Virus record (IMG/VR): IMGVR_UViG_3300031566_000004 | Source of the DNA: an uncultured virus (IMG/VR IMGVR_UViG_3300031566_000004) | Taxonomy: Duplodnaviria > Heunggongvirae > Uroviricota > Caudoviricetes | Reading direction: 5' to 3' (one strand) | Length of the DNA stretch: 57,051 bases | Shown here: one piece after another, positions 1 through 9,499 of the stretch | Layout: each line of letters starts with the position of its first letter | Position numbering within the stretch: position 1 is the first letter of the stretch | Made by a program: the position numbers and the translations under genes | The notes under the pieces: generated by a model | Seen by the model: only the letters and a program-made list of their open reading frames with translations | What the model was told of the DNA's origin: nothing | Databases searched by the model: none

Positions 1-1572
1 CTTACTAAAATAGATGATGCTGGAACACTTACACAAACTATTATAGACGAAAATTATAAGATAACACAAAAACCTGTATATGATCTAACTCTATATAAGA
101 ACAAGACTAAAGATACTTTAGCTTACGGTGAGCACATAGATTGGTTATGGATTAATGAAGTCTGGGGAGGTATTAAAATAGGACCTAATAGACCATCTTG
201 GTGGGGTATGTCTAATCCAGGTGGTGTAGATCCAATATATATTGGTGTAAATGGTAATAAACCGGATAAGCTTAAATTTCAATTTAAAGGAGATAATAAC
301 TTATACGGCTGCAAACTTCCAGTAGAAGGTAGAGTATTCTCAGATAGAAATACTATGTCTAGATCTCTTGTAGACAGGATGAAACCTTACCAAGTAGCTT
401 ATAATATGGTTAATAACCAAATAGCTGATATATTAGTTGATGAAATAGGTACAGTATTATTATTTGATCAAAATGCGTTACCTAAACATTCATTAGGTGA
501 AGACTGGGGTCCTAATAACTTAGCTAAAGCTTATACAGTTATGAAAGATTTTAGTATGTTACCATTAGATACATCTTTAACTAATACAGAGAATGGTTTA
601 AATTTTCAACATTACCAAACACTAAACTTAGAGCAAACTAATAGACTTATGTCTAGGATACAGTTATCTAACTATTTTAAACAACAAGCTTTTGAAACAA
701 TAGGCCTTGCCCCTCAAAGAATGGGACAAGAAATAGAAGCTGCTACCGCTGAAGGTGTGAGACAAGCTAGAGAATCTTCATATGCTCAAACAGAATTATA
801 TTTTATTAATCACTGTGATGAGTTAATGCCAAGAGTTCACGAAATGCGAACAAATCTAAGTCAGTATTACTATTCTAATAAACCGTCGGTAAGGTTACAA
901 GGTTTAGTTAATTCAGAAGAGAAGATGAACTTTGAAATTAATGGCACATCATTAATGCTAAGAGATCTTAGTATACACATTGCTACTAAGGCAAACTATA
1001 GAGTTATTATGGAAAGACTTAGAGGTTTAGCTTTAAACAATAATACCACAGGAGCTAGCATATATGATTTAGGTAAAGTAATCAAAGCAGAGTCTGTTTC
1101 AGAAATAGAATCTATTATGAAAGACGCTGAGGTTAAAACAGAACAAAAAATTCAAGAAGATAGAGCGCATCAGCAAAAAATGCAAGAAGACATGATTGCT
1201 GCTAAAGAAAGAGATAAACAACTTGAACAACAGTTTGAAGCTTCTGAAAATGCTAAAGATAGACAAGCTAATATTGTTATGGCAGAAATCAAAGCTGCCG
1301 GTTATGGTTCTATGATGGATATTAATGAAAATAAACAATCAGATTATAGGGATGCTATGGCTGACATACAACAACAAGCTAATTATCAAGAATCTATTAA
1401 TGTTAAACGTGAGGGTGACATTATGAAACAAAGAGAGCATTCTGATAAAATGTCTATTAAACGTGATGAGTTAGATGTAAAGAAATATATAGCCGACAAA
1501 CAGCTTGAAGTAGCTAAGGCTAACAAAAATAAATATGACGTAAAATCTAAGAAAGAAGATAAGAAAAAATAA
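1..1572 (+). CDS. Portal protein of crAss-like phage (5'-truncated; frame is open from base 1)
   Basis: Frame 1 is open upstream of the 208 ATG (LTKIDDAG...DWLWINEVWGGIKIGP). Motifs WxWINEVWxGxKIG and SLVDRMKPYQxxYN, a coiled-coil C-terminus, and position two genes before the MCP match crAss-like portals. Confidence 0.85.
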   Translation, partial: LTKIDDAGTLTQTIIDENYKITQKPVYDLTLYKNKTKDTLAYGEHIDWLWINEVWGGIKIGPNRPSWWGMSNPGGVDPIYIGVNGNKPDKLKFQFKGDNNLYGCKLPVEGRVFSDRNTMSRSLVDRMKPYQVAYNMVNNQIADILVDEIGTVLLFDQNALPKHSLGEDWGPNNLAKAYTVMKDFSMLPLDTSLTNTENGLNFQHYQTLNLEQTNRLMSRIQLSNYFKQQAFETIGLAPQRMGQEIEAATAEGVRQARESSYAQTELYFINHCDELMPRVHEMRTNLSQYYYSNKPSVRLQGLVNSEEKMNFEINGTSLMLRDLSIHIATKANYRVIMERLRGLALNNNTTGASIYDLGKVIKAESVSEIESIMKDAEVKTEQKIQEDRAHQQKMQEDMIAAKERDKQLEQQFEASENAKDRQANIVMAEIKAAGYGSMMDINENKQSDYRDAMADIQQQANYQESINVKREGDIMKQREHSDKMSIKRDELDVKKYIADKQLEVAKANKNKYDVKSKKEDKKK

Positions 1573-1625
1573 GACCTCTCTTATAGCTATATAGTCAGAT
1601 TTTACTTATATTTTTTTATAAGTTT

Positions 1626-1676
1626 ATAAACTATCATAGTTTATTTGATCTTAAGATTTTATATATTATTAATATA
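1626..1676 (+). promoter_or_regulatory. Perfect palindrome ATAAACTAT-C-ATAGTTTAT followed by putative late-promoter motif TTTTATATATTATTAATATA
   Basis: 9-bp inverted repeat at 1626-1644. The downstream motif recurs at 6888, 9466, 14429 and 28704, and the palindrome recurs at 28670. Confidence 0.55.
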
Positions 1677-1689
1677 AACCAATAATTAA

Positions 1690-2922
1690 ATGAGTAAAAA
1701 CACAACAGTTGAATCTGCTACTACAGAAGTAGAAGTAGATTCTTTAGATGATTTATTAGCTATGCCCGGCGTAGGGGATACTACAGAAAAAAATAAGTTC
1801 TTTGAAAAACCTGCTGAAACAGATCTAAGCTTTCTAGATAAAGCTGACGAAGATAGTGACGATGATGATGGTGAGTCTAAAGCTAAAGGAGATGAATCTT
1901 CAGATTTAGACACATTACTTGACGACATCATTGGCGAAGTAGAAGAAGAGGAAGAAGAGGAAAGCTTTTCAGGTAGGCCAAAAGAAACTAAGGAAGTTGG
2001 TATTAAGGTTATAAAGTCTTTAATAGATGAAGGAGTTTTAATGCCTTACGATGATGATGATAAAGCATTAGAAGACTACACTGAGAAAGATATGATGGCC
2101 CTTATTAAGGACAACTTAGAAGAAAAAGAAAATACTTTAAGAGAAAAAGTTTCTTTAGATTTTTTTGACAGTCTTCCTCAAGAGTTACAATATGCTGCGA
2201 AATATGTTATGGATGGTGGTAGTGACATGCAAGGTTTATTCCAAGCTTTAGCTAGTGTGAAGTCTGTTGAGAATCTAAACCCTGGTGAAGAAGATTCTGC
2301 TGAAAGAATAGTTTCAGAGTATCTAGCAGAAACAGGATGGTCTCAAGATGATATAGAAGATGAAATTAATAGCTGGAAAGACGCTGAAGTTTTAGATAAA
2401 AAAGCTGAAAAATTTAAAGATAAGCTTGCTATCATTAGACAGAAAAGGCTTGATGTGAGAATGGCTAAACAAAGCCAAGCTAAGCTTGCTCAACAAAAAG
2501 CTATGAATGCTTTTGTAGGTAATATTTATAAAGCATTAGAACCAGATGATCTTAATGGTATTAAGATGAGTAGAAAAACAAAAGAGATGTTATATTCAGG
2601 TTTAGTTAACCCATCATACGAAACTATGAAAGGTACAAACACAAACTTGTTAGGACACTTACTTGAAAAATATCAACATGTAGAACCTAATTATAAATTA
2701 ATTGCAGAAGCTACATGGTTATTACAAGATCCAGAAGGTTATAGAAAAGAAATTATGAATATGGCAGGTAACAAAGTTACTGAAGAAACAGTAAAAAGAC
2801 TTAAATCTGCACAAGATAAGAAAACAACAAGTTCTTTAGATACAGATGTAAGAGAAGACACAACACGTTCTACATCTAGAAGAGGTTTACAATCTAAAAA
2901 ACAAAAGAATATTTTTAAATAA
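1690..2922 (+). CDS. Acidic protein between portal and MCP, putative scaffold/head-assembly protein
   Basis: 410 aa with a D/E-rich N-terminus and helical C-terminus. Occupies the conserved slot between portal and MCP in crAss-like phages. Confidence 0.6.
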   Translation: MSKNTTVESATTEVEVDSLDDLLAMPGVGDTTEKNKFFEKPAETDLSFLDKADEDSDDDDGESKAKGDESSDLDTLLDDIIGEVEEEEEEESFSGRPKETKEVGIKVIKSLIDEGVLMPYDDDDKALEDYTEKDMMALIKDNLEEKENTLREKVSLDFFDSLPQELQYAAKYVMDGGSDMQGLFQALASVKSVENLNPGEEDSAERIVSEYLAETGWSQDDIEDEINSWKDAEVLDKKAEKFKDKLAIIRQKRLDVRMAKQSQAKLAQQKAMNAFVGNIYKALEPDDLNGIKMSRKTKEMLYSGLVNPSYETMKGTNTNLLGHLLEKYQHVEPNYKLIAEATWLLQDPEGYRKEIMNMAGNKVTEETVKRLKSAQDKKTTSSLDTDVREDTTRSTSRRGLQSKKQKNIFK

Positions 2923-2964
2923 ATTAGTAATCAATAAATAATAAATAATAAATAACAGTTTAAT

Positions 2965-4587
2965 ATGTCCACACCCAGTTTGAATAATGGTATCTACTTG
3001 AGAGATACTGCCTATGAAGCTAGCTCCCACATTGACTCTTATCACCTGACAAACATGCTTGGTGATGTTGAGCCTACAGATATGGGGCCAGTTGATATAT
3101 GGGCCATGAAACAAAAGGTAGAAATGCCTTTATACCAAATGTCGTCTTTTGGCGGTAAGAACGTTATCTTAGTTGATAATGCTAGAGGAGAATATAAATG
3201 GCAGACGCCTATTTCTCAGGATCTTCCTTATGTAATAGAAGATATCGAACCTTTAAATCTTAATAAAGGTGTTGATGGTACTACTTTCAGAATCAAGCTT
3301 AATAAGCGTGACTTTGGACACGGAGATATCATTACTTATGATAAGTACAATGGTGCTGAACTTTATATTACAGATGCTGACATTCACGTATTAGGTGATG
3401 GTTTCATCTATACAGTTCAGTTAGTAAATAACGATAACTACAAGTTTTTAGATAATATTTATCTTGATGCTGGTACTCAATTCTTCAGAAAGTCTTCTGC
3501 TAGAGGTGAGTATGGTGAGAGATTCTCAGATATTAAAACTAACGCTGGTTTTAGAGAGTACTACAACTATGTAGGAAATACTGAAGCACATGTACATTAT
3601 TCTATCTCTAGTAGAGCAGATATGATGTTAAAAGGCGGGATGAAAGCAGACGGTACTGTACCAGTTACAGAAATCTGGAGAAACTTTGATGATAATGTTT
3701 CTAAAGATCCTTCTATTACTTCTCTTGATCAAATGGCAAGTAAAATGGGAGCATCTTATGTAAAGAAAGCTATGAAAGAAGGAACTCTTTCTAGAACATT
3801 CTTAACTAAAATGGAAGCTGCTCACTTAACTAAAATCTCTAGAGATATTGAGACTTACCTTATGTGGGGTCACGGTGGTAGAGTAAGACAAGATGGTCCA
3901 GATGATATTAGAATGTCTGTAGGTCTTTGGAAGCAGTTAGACAACTCTTTCAAAAGAATTTACAATAAATCTAATTTCTCATTAGAGTTATTTAAGTCTG
4001 AAATTTTTAACTTCTTTAATGGTAAAGTAGAGTTTGATGGACCAGATCCTAAAAGAAAGCTTGTTGTACAAACAGGTATGGCCGGGATGAAGATGGTTAA
4101 TGAGTCTATTGCTAAAGAAGCAGTTCAATCAGGTTTAGTAATTAATGGTTCAGACATTGGTGCTATTACAGGAAAAGGAATGGATCTAGACTTTGGTTTT
4201 GCGTACACTTCTTACACAATTCCTTTCTTAGCTAATGTTCAGTTTGTTCTTAATCCAGCATTTGATAACTTGCATACTAATGATATTGAGAACCCATTAA
4301 TTGATGGTTACCCTTTATCTTCTTATTCTTTTGTTATCTTTGATATTACAGATACAGGTAATGATAATATTTTCTTACTTAAGAAGAAATGGGATAGTGA
4401 GTTAAAATGGTGGTACCAAAATGGAACTATGGACTACATGGGTAGATCACAAGGTTTCCAATCATCTGGACAATTTAATGGATATAGAGTTTATATGTCA
4501 CAAGCTCACCCAGCAATTTGGGTTAAAGATCCTACTAAAGTGTTAAAAATAGTTATGAGAAACCCAATCACGGGAGGATCATTCTAA
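2965..4587 (+). CDS. Major capsid protein (crAss-like, HK97 fold)
   Basis: 540 aa in portal-scaffold-MCP synteny, with an A-rich leader, a downstream terminator and crAss-MCP-like segments (LMWGHGG, GLWKQL, IWVKDPTK). Confidence 0.85.
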   Translation: MSTPSLNNGIYLRDTAYEASSHIDSYHLTNMLGDVEPTDMGPVDIWAMKQKVEMPLYQMSSFGGKNVILVDNARGEYKWQTPISQDLPYVIEDIEPLNLNKGVDGTTFRIKLNKRDFGHGDIITYDKYNGAELYITDADIHVLGDGFIYTVQLVNNDNYKFLDNIYLDAGTQFFRKSSARGEYGERFSDIKTNAGFREYYNYVGNTEAHVHYSISSRADMMLKGGMKADGTVPVTEIWRNFDDNVSKDPSITSLDQMASKMGASYVKKAMKEGTLSRTFLTKMEAAHLTKISRDIETYLMWGHGGRVRQDGPDDIRMSVGLWKQLDNSFKRIYNKSNFSLELFKSEIFNFFNGKVEFDGPDPKRKLVVQTGMAGMKMVNESIAKEAVQSGLVINGSDIGAITGKGMDLDFGFAYTSYTIPFLANVQFVLNPAFDNLHTNDIENPLIDGYPLSSYSFVIFDITDTGNDNIFLLKKKWDSELKWWYQNGTMDYMGRSQGFQSSGQFNGYRVYMSQAHPAIWVKDPTKVLKIVMRNPITGGSF

Positions 4588-4601
4588 TATATAATGCAAA
4601 G

Positions 4602-4637
4602 ATAAGTGAGGGGCTAAAAACCCCTCCTTATTTTTTT
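4602..4637 (+). terminator. Intrinsic terminator after MCP
   Basis: ATAAG-T-GAGGGG / CTAAAAA loop / CCCCTC-CTTAT followed by a T-run. Confidence 0.8.
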
Positions 4638-4660
4638 AATAAATAAATAAAACCAAAATT

Positions 4661-5671
4661 ATGAGTTACACACAAGTAGATACCCTACAGAAAAACAAAA
4701 AAAGTACTATTGCTATTAGACCTTATGTTGATCAAAATATAGAAAACATGGGTTTAGAAGCACACAATATGGCCTTATTTGAAGGCGCTTACTATGAAGA
4801 GCAATTAGCATGCTTAGAAATGAACGGCGTTAAAAGATATATTACCGGTCTAAATGAATATTCTCCAGATGTTAAAAAACTAGATGATACAAGGAGAAAA
4901 GCCAAAATAAAAGAAATTAGACAAATAGTTTCTGAATTAGAAAAAGAATTAGCTCAGAATATTTTAAATATAGACGACGAAGACTTTTGGAATAAAGTAA
5001 TTTTACTTAAACCTAATAATTCTGAATTCTGGAATAAAGTAACTATTAAAGTAGGAAATGAGCCTACTTATTTACATTTAGATAAACCTCATGATTTAAT
5101 TAAATATTATGCTATATTAGCTGGAGGGTTCTCTTGTATAGCATCTAGTTTAGATTACGCAAGGTCTGTGTCAAAACCACCTAAATTTTACTTAGACAAA
5201 CATGACGATACATTAAATACTACAACGTCATATACTATAATTTTAAATAAAGCTATCTCTAAATTAGTAGATTTATCAGAAACAAATGCAAATAAATTAT
5301 TGTATATTGCTAAATGTTTAAATAACAATAGTGTAAGTTATACAAAGAGCACTTTAGAAAAAGATATCTATAAAGACATGGATGCTTATGTTAGAGGAGC
5401 GGGTGTAGAATCTAACAAACAAAGAGCTGCTAAGAGTTTTATTGAGATAGCAGAGGAGTCTATGGAAAATCTAATCATAAGATCTATTGTTAAAGACGCC
5501 ACTTTCTTGAAGCTTATTGTTTATAAGTCAGATGGTATGGTACACATGACAAAAGGAGATGTTATTTTAGGAAGAACTAATGAAGATGTTATTGAATTTC
5601 TCAAGAATCCTCTTAATGAAGACATACTTGATCAATTAAAAGAAGAAACAGATAAATATTTTAATATGTAA
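4661..5671 (+). CDS. Conserved crAss-like head-module protein following MCP (function uncertain)
   Basis: 336-aa ORF directly after MCP. C-terminal LGRTxEDVIEFLKNPLN resembles the family found at this position. Confidence 0.5.
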   Translation: MSYTQVDTLQKNKKSTIAIRPYVDQNIENMGLEAHNMALFEGAYYEEQLACLEMNGVKRYITGLNEYSPDVKKLDDTRRKAKIKEIRQIVSELEKELAQNILNIDDEDFWNKVILLKPNNSEFWNKVTIKVGNEPTYLHLDKPHDLIKYYAILAGGFSCIASSLDYARSVSKPPKFYLDKHDDTLNTTTSYTIILNKAISKLVDLSETNANKLLYIAKCLNNNSVSYTKSTLEKDIYKDMDAYVRGAGVESNKQRAAKSFIEIAEESMENLIIRSIVKDATFLKLIVYKSDGMVHMTKGDVILGRTNEDVIEFLKNPLNEDILDQLKEETDKYFNM

Positions 5672-5679
5672 TTAAGAGT

Positions 5680-5732
5680 ACTCGCCACGCTACCCATTAG
5701 AACAGCGTCCCAGGGCGAGTCTTTTTCTTTTT
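5680..5732 (+). other. GC-rich branched hairpin with T-tract (terminator/attenuator or structured RNA)
   Basis: Outer stem ACTCGCC/GGCGAGT, inner stem ACGCT/AGCGT, 12-nt loop, 5-nt bulge, then CTTTTTCTTTTT. Confidence 0.6.
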
Positions 5733-5735
5733 AAT

Positions 5736-6443
5736 ATGAATAATAATACTATACAACTTAAGATTAAGCAACGTCTAAATAAATTAGATAGTCAAGATTA
5801 TGACAACATCCAATGTTGGCAAATAGTCGAAGCATTTAATAAAGCTCAGATAGAATGGGTACGTAGACAACTTGATGGTAAAAACCAGCGTAATACTGGG
5901 GATGAACAATCTAGAAGACGTATAGATGATTTACAGAACTTACTAGTACCTGACACAACAATGTCACTAACTAAGTTTAATATATTTTATCAAAGTGATA
6001 CACTTCCAGATAATTATCTAGAATACAAGCGTATAGATGTATTAGTTAATAAAGAATGTTGTCCTGATAATCAACCTATGGTAGTATATTTAGCAGAGGA
6101 AGATAACAGAGCTCAATTACTTAGAGATGAACATAAGAAGCCTTCTTATGAGTGGAGAGAAACTTTTGCAACTCTTATAGATAATAAAGCTAGAATATTC
6201 ACTAATGGTGATTTTGAAATATCTAAAGGTTTTTTTACATATTACAGGAAACCTATTAACATAGAAATTTTAGGATGCTCTGACCCTTATACTGGGAATA
6301 TTACAGCAGTAGATGTAGAATGTGAATTTAAAGATGATATAGTAGAATTATTGGTTGATGAAACAGTAAGTATACTTGGCGGTGATATAGAATCTCCTAA
6401 TCAATATGGTAGAGGCTTAGAGCAAGCTGAAAGAAATAATTAA
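5736..6443 (+). CDS. Putative ring / head-tail adaptor protein
   Basis: 235 aa with FNKAQ, YYRKP and EIVELLVDxxV-like segments typical of crAss-like ring proteins; lies in the structural module. Confidence 0.55.
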   Translation: MNNNTIQLKIKQRLNKLDSQDYDNIQCWQIVEAFNKAQIEWVRRQLDGKNQRNTGDEQSRRRIDDLQNLLVPDTTMSLTKFNIFYQSDTLPDNYLEYKRIDVLVNKECCPDNQPMVVYLAEEDNRAQLLRDEHKKPSYEWRETFATLIDNKARIFTNGDFEISKGFFTYYRKPINIEILGCSDPYTGNITAVDVECEFKDDIVELLVDETVSILGGDIESPNQYGRGLEQAERNN

Positions 6444-6453
6444 ATAAAAAATA

Positions 6454-6870
6454 ATGTTAAAGAGAAAATTAGAAAGACCTGATTATAGAATAGAAACAAG
6501 TGGTGCAAATTTTATGTCAGAACTTATTACAGAAATGTTACATGGTGCTACTAAAACACATATGACACATTTGAAAACTACAAGTTATGCTGCTCACATG
6601 GCGTTAGGTGCATTTTACGATGCTCTTCCTGACATGGTTGATAGTATTGCCGAACAGTACCAAGGAGTTACTGAACAGTTATTAGATTATGCTGATGTTA
6701 CAGTTAGTCCTATAGAGACTCCTGAAGAAGCTGTTGCTTATTTAACTTTATTATACAGTAAAGTATGTAGAGCGCAGGATAAATGCAGTTATTCAGAAAT
6801 AATTAATGAGTTAGACTTAATCAAAAGTCTTATTAACTCAACTAAGTATAAATTATTATTTCTTAAATAG
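6454..6870 (+). CDS. Ferritin/Dps-like four-helix protein (DUF5856-like)
   Basis: HxxHLxTxSYAxHxALxxFYDxLxDxxDxxAEQYQG and C-terminal xTKYKLxFL pattern. Confidence 0.75.
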   Translation: MLKRKLERPDYRIETSGANFMSELITEMLHGATKTHMTHLKTTSYAAHMALGAFYDALPDMVDSIAEQYQGVTEQLLDYADVTVSPIETPEEAVAYLTLLYSKVCRAQDKCSYSEIINELDLIKSLINSTKYKLLFLK

Positions 6871-6907
6871 TTGCTTATTAGTAAGTATTTGTTTATATTA
6901 TTATATA
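6871..6907 (+). promoter_or_regulatory. Putative promoter (TTG-N20-TATATTA)
   Basis: Resembles the Bacteroidota -33 TTTG / -7 TAnnTTTG layout and shares the TATATTATT core with other intergenic sites. Confidence 0.45.
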
Positions 6908-6938
6908 TAATTGTTTGTAAATTTAAATTAAAAAAAAG

Positions 6939-8285
6939 ATGAGTTATTTTAATCACGCATTTAGTAAAGTATTCTTAGGAACAGGGCAACCTACTATTAA
7001 TCCTACAGGGTATATTGCTGACCAAACTGGAGCAGGTGGTGAACTTACTGTTGATCTATTAGCTACTTACGGTGCTAGAGGTTTTGAGTTTGTTAACCCT
7101 AAAACTTGGGAAACAGTTGGTATAACAGCTCCTGCAAATGGAGAAGAATTAGTATTAGTAGGAACAGCGCTTCAAACTAATGATAAAGTTGGTCCTTTTC
7201 ATGGAGGTTTTCATGAGACTAACAAGTCTAAAAGAATTAATCCAAAAATGATTAAGGGTGTTTATAGAGTAGACTCTGCACTACCTACTAACAACATTGT
7301 ACATATTGGTAAAACTTCTGTAACAGAAGGTTCTTGTCCATGTCCAGTATTTTATTGTGATGAGACTTATTACTTGAGAATTGATCTTAAAGGATCACCT
7401 ATCTTAAGACAAATGAACCGTAATTCTTATAAAACTGTAGATGCCTACACAGGATGTTGTTCAGGTTCTACACCAGAATTATCTGACCCTATTTTAGTAA
7501 TGAAATCTTGGGCAGAAGAGATTGTACAAACTCCAGAATTTTACGGAGTATATGGTCAATATGATCAAAAAGTTATTAGAGTTTCTTTTGAAGCTACTGT
7601 AAATGGTGGTACTACTTGGATTCTTTATGTACAACCAGGTTTATCTTTAACAGAACAAGCTCAAGCTTTGGCTGATGCTCAAGCTGCTGGATCAACTGCA
7701 GCTTCAGTAGATACATGGGATAATTACACTAGTACGTTTAACCCAGCATCTCCAGATAATCACTGTGGTGGTTTAGTTATTGAAGGAGCTTATGTTGAAA
7801 CTAAATTTGGTGATTGTACTTTCCAAGTATCTGACTTCTTTGAAGTAGAGCCAGTTAGAATTTATGCTAGCTTAACAGATGAAACAGGTGACCCATGTGT
7901 ATTTGAGTCTATTTGTGTAACTAAAACACAAGAAGGTGTTCAAGGTATGGGATTTGGTGAAAGAGTTGTAAGAGATGTAATTTTATCAGAATCTTACAGA
8001 CAAAACTTTGTTCACTCTAAAGACATGAGAGTAAGAGAAATAACTCAAGGTTATGATATCTTAGGTCAAGTTGATAGAAATCAAGTTTATACTGCTTATC
8101 ATATTTTACATAGTATTCCTAGACCAATTAACCCATCAGGTGTTTACGACAGCGACGTATATGATCTTTGTATCTATACTAACGCTGCTGTACCAGCACT
8201 TGAGCAATTTATTCAAGATTGGTTGGTAGGTGCTAATAACCCTATTGGTGCAGATATTACTGCTAACGGATTCCCTGCTGAGTAA
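6939..8285 (+). CDS. Putative abundant virion structural protein (auxiliary capsid-like)
   Basis: 448 aa, beta-rich, with its own promoter and terminator and codon usage resembling the MCP. Located in the structural module. Confidence 0.5.
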   Translation: MSYFNHAFSKVFLGTGQPTINPTGYIADQTGAGGELTVDLLATYGARGFEFVNPKTWETVGITAPANGEELVLVGTALQTNDKVGPFHGGFHETNKSKRINPKMIKGVYRVDSALPTNNIVHIGKTSVTEGSCPCPVFYCDETYYLRIDLKGSPILRQMNRNSYKTVDAYTGCCSGSTPELSDPILVMKSWAEEIVQTPEFYGVYGQYDQKVIRVSFEATVNGGTTWILYVQPGLSLTEQAQALADAQAAGSTAASVDTWDNYTSTFNPASPDNHCGGLVIEGAYVETKFGDCTFQVSDFFEVEPVRIYASLTDETGDPCVFESICVTKTQEGVQGMGFGERVVRDVILSESYRQNFVHSKDMRVREITQGYDILGQVDRNQVYTAYHILHSIPRPINPSGVYDSDVYDLCIYTNAAVPALEQFIQDWLVGANNPIGADITANGFPAE

Positions 8286-8310
8286 TATATATATTTTATT
8301 GTCATAATTG

Positions 8311-8346
8311 AAAAGGGGAGTGAGAGTTATCTCCTCCCCTTTTTTT
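8311..8346 (+). terminator. Intrinsic terminator
   Basis: AAAAGGGGAG-T-GAGA / GTTA / TCTC-CTCCCCTTTT plus T-run. Confidence 0.8.
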
Positions 8347-8361
8347 ATTAAAAAAATTAAA

Positions 8362-8922
8362 ATGGCTAAACATAATTTAAGTCTTGAAATACCACAAACA
8401 TTAAACGACTGTATAATGCGTATAGTGGATACTAGTGTTTACGGTGAAGACTGTATAAATGTAAAATGTCCAGTATTACAAATAACTCCTCCAGGATTTA
8501 TATGTGCTGTAGATTTTGTAGAGCCAGATATAACACCTGGATTTTGTAATTTAATATTAACAGCTTGTGACTTAAACCTACAAACCACAAATTGTGATAC
8601 AAAACCTAATTCTTTACCTGATGGCGTATATACTATAAGATATAGTGTTTCACCTAATGAATATGTTTTTGTAGAATATAATCATTTAAGAGTAACACAG
8701 TTACTAAAGTCTTATTATGATGCTTTATGCGAAATAAGAAATTGTACAGGAAAACCAAGTAATGAAATAACTAAAACATTAAGAGATCTTTATGATGTTA
8801 AAATGTATATAGAAGCTGCTAAAGCGAAAGTAGAAGTGTGTCATGAGCCAGAGGCCGGGATGAACTTATATAATTACGCTAAAGAGCTTTTAGGTAAATT
8901 AACTTGTTCAGATCTTTGCTAA
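8362..8922 (+). CDS. Cys-rich putative tail hub/structural protein (start revised to ATG 8362)
   Basis: The TTG start at 8308 lies over the terminator. ATG 8362 follows an A-rich leader. Contains LPDGVYTIRYSVSP and many Cys. Confidence 0.55.
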   Translation: MAKHNLSLEIPQTLNDCIMRIVDTSVYGEDCINVKCPVLQITPPGFICAVDFVEPDITPGFCNLILTACDLNLQTTNCDTKPNSLPDGVYTIRYSVSPNEYVFVEYNHLRVTQLLKSYYDALCEIRNCTGKPSNEITKTLRDLYDVKMYIEAAKAKVEVCHEPEAGMNLYNYAKELLGKLTCSDLC

Positions 8923-8933
8923 AAACCAATAAT

Positions 8934-9125
8934 ATGAAATGTAATAATTGTAATAGTACACTATCTTGCGGATGTCAAAGACAAACTGCTAGAGATGGTA
9001 AATCATGTTGTAACAAGTGTGTATCAACATATAACAAAACAATTAGTAAATCATCAGCTGTTCAGAGAACTAATAACGTTAATTCTGGAATTACAGGAGT
9101 AAGTGCTTCTTTTATAATGATTTAA
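8934..9125 (+). CDS. Small Cys-rich, metallothionein/zinc-finger-like peptide
   Basis: MKCNNCNSTLSCGCQRQTARDGKSCCNKC: 7 Cys in the first 29 aa. ATG preceded by AAAAACCAATAAT; fills the gap between neighbouring genes. Confidence 0.55.
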   Translation: MKCNNCNSTLSCGCQRQTARDGKSCCNKCVSTYNKTISKSSAVQRTNNVNSGITGVSASFIMI

Positions 9126-9126
9126 T

Positions 9127-9465
9127 ATGGCAGGTTTACAGAGATATATAAATCCAGAAAACAAAGTATCTACATGTAGCGTTAAGCAATATGTTAGTAT
9201 CCATTGTAATTTTGCATCAGCTGCTGAAGCTGAAGCTACAAGTAAGACTTATGGTATTTCTGTTTGTTGTAAAAAAGATCTAGATTTAGCATATCTTGAC
9301 TATCAGCTTTTAAAGCTAGATGAAATATATGATCCAGAACTTTGTAAACCTATAGAATCAGGAGCTTGTTGTATACCTCCTTGCCACGTAGTTGCTACAT
9401 TAGAGATAGTAGAGTACTGTTTAGAATCTACAAATGTTAGTGCAACATTAGCATTAATCCCATAA
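9127..9465 (+). CDS. Cys-rich hypothetical structural protein
   Basis: 112 aa with CC pairs and two C-terminal C-x4-5-V-x-ATL repeats shared with the next gene. Confidence 0.55.
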   Translation: MAGLQRYINPENKVSTCSVKQYVSIHCNFASAAEAEATSKTYGISVCCKKDLDLAYLDYQLLKLDEIYDPELCKPIESGACCIPPCHVVATLEIVEYCLESTNVSATLALIP

Positions 9466-9487
9466 TTTTAGTATATTATTAATATAA
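9466..9487 (+). promoter_or_regulatory. Putative late-promoter motif TTTTAGTATATTATTAATATAA
   Basis: Nearly identical to 1657-1677. Confidence 0.55.
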
Positions 9488-9499
9488 GATATAAGTAAT

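Noticed and set aside
5674..5735. tRNA or known riboswitch/ribozyme
   Set aside because: No cloverleaf, T-loop or recognisable aptamer consensus; kept only as an unclassified structure.
8308..8361. TTG start and N-terminal extension of ORF 8308
   Set aside because: Overlaps a terminator hairpin; ATG 8362 has a typical A-rich leader.
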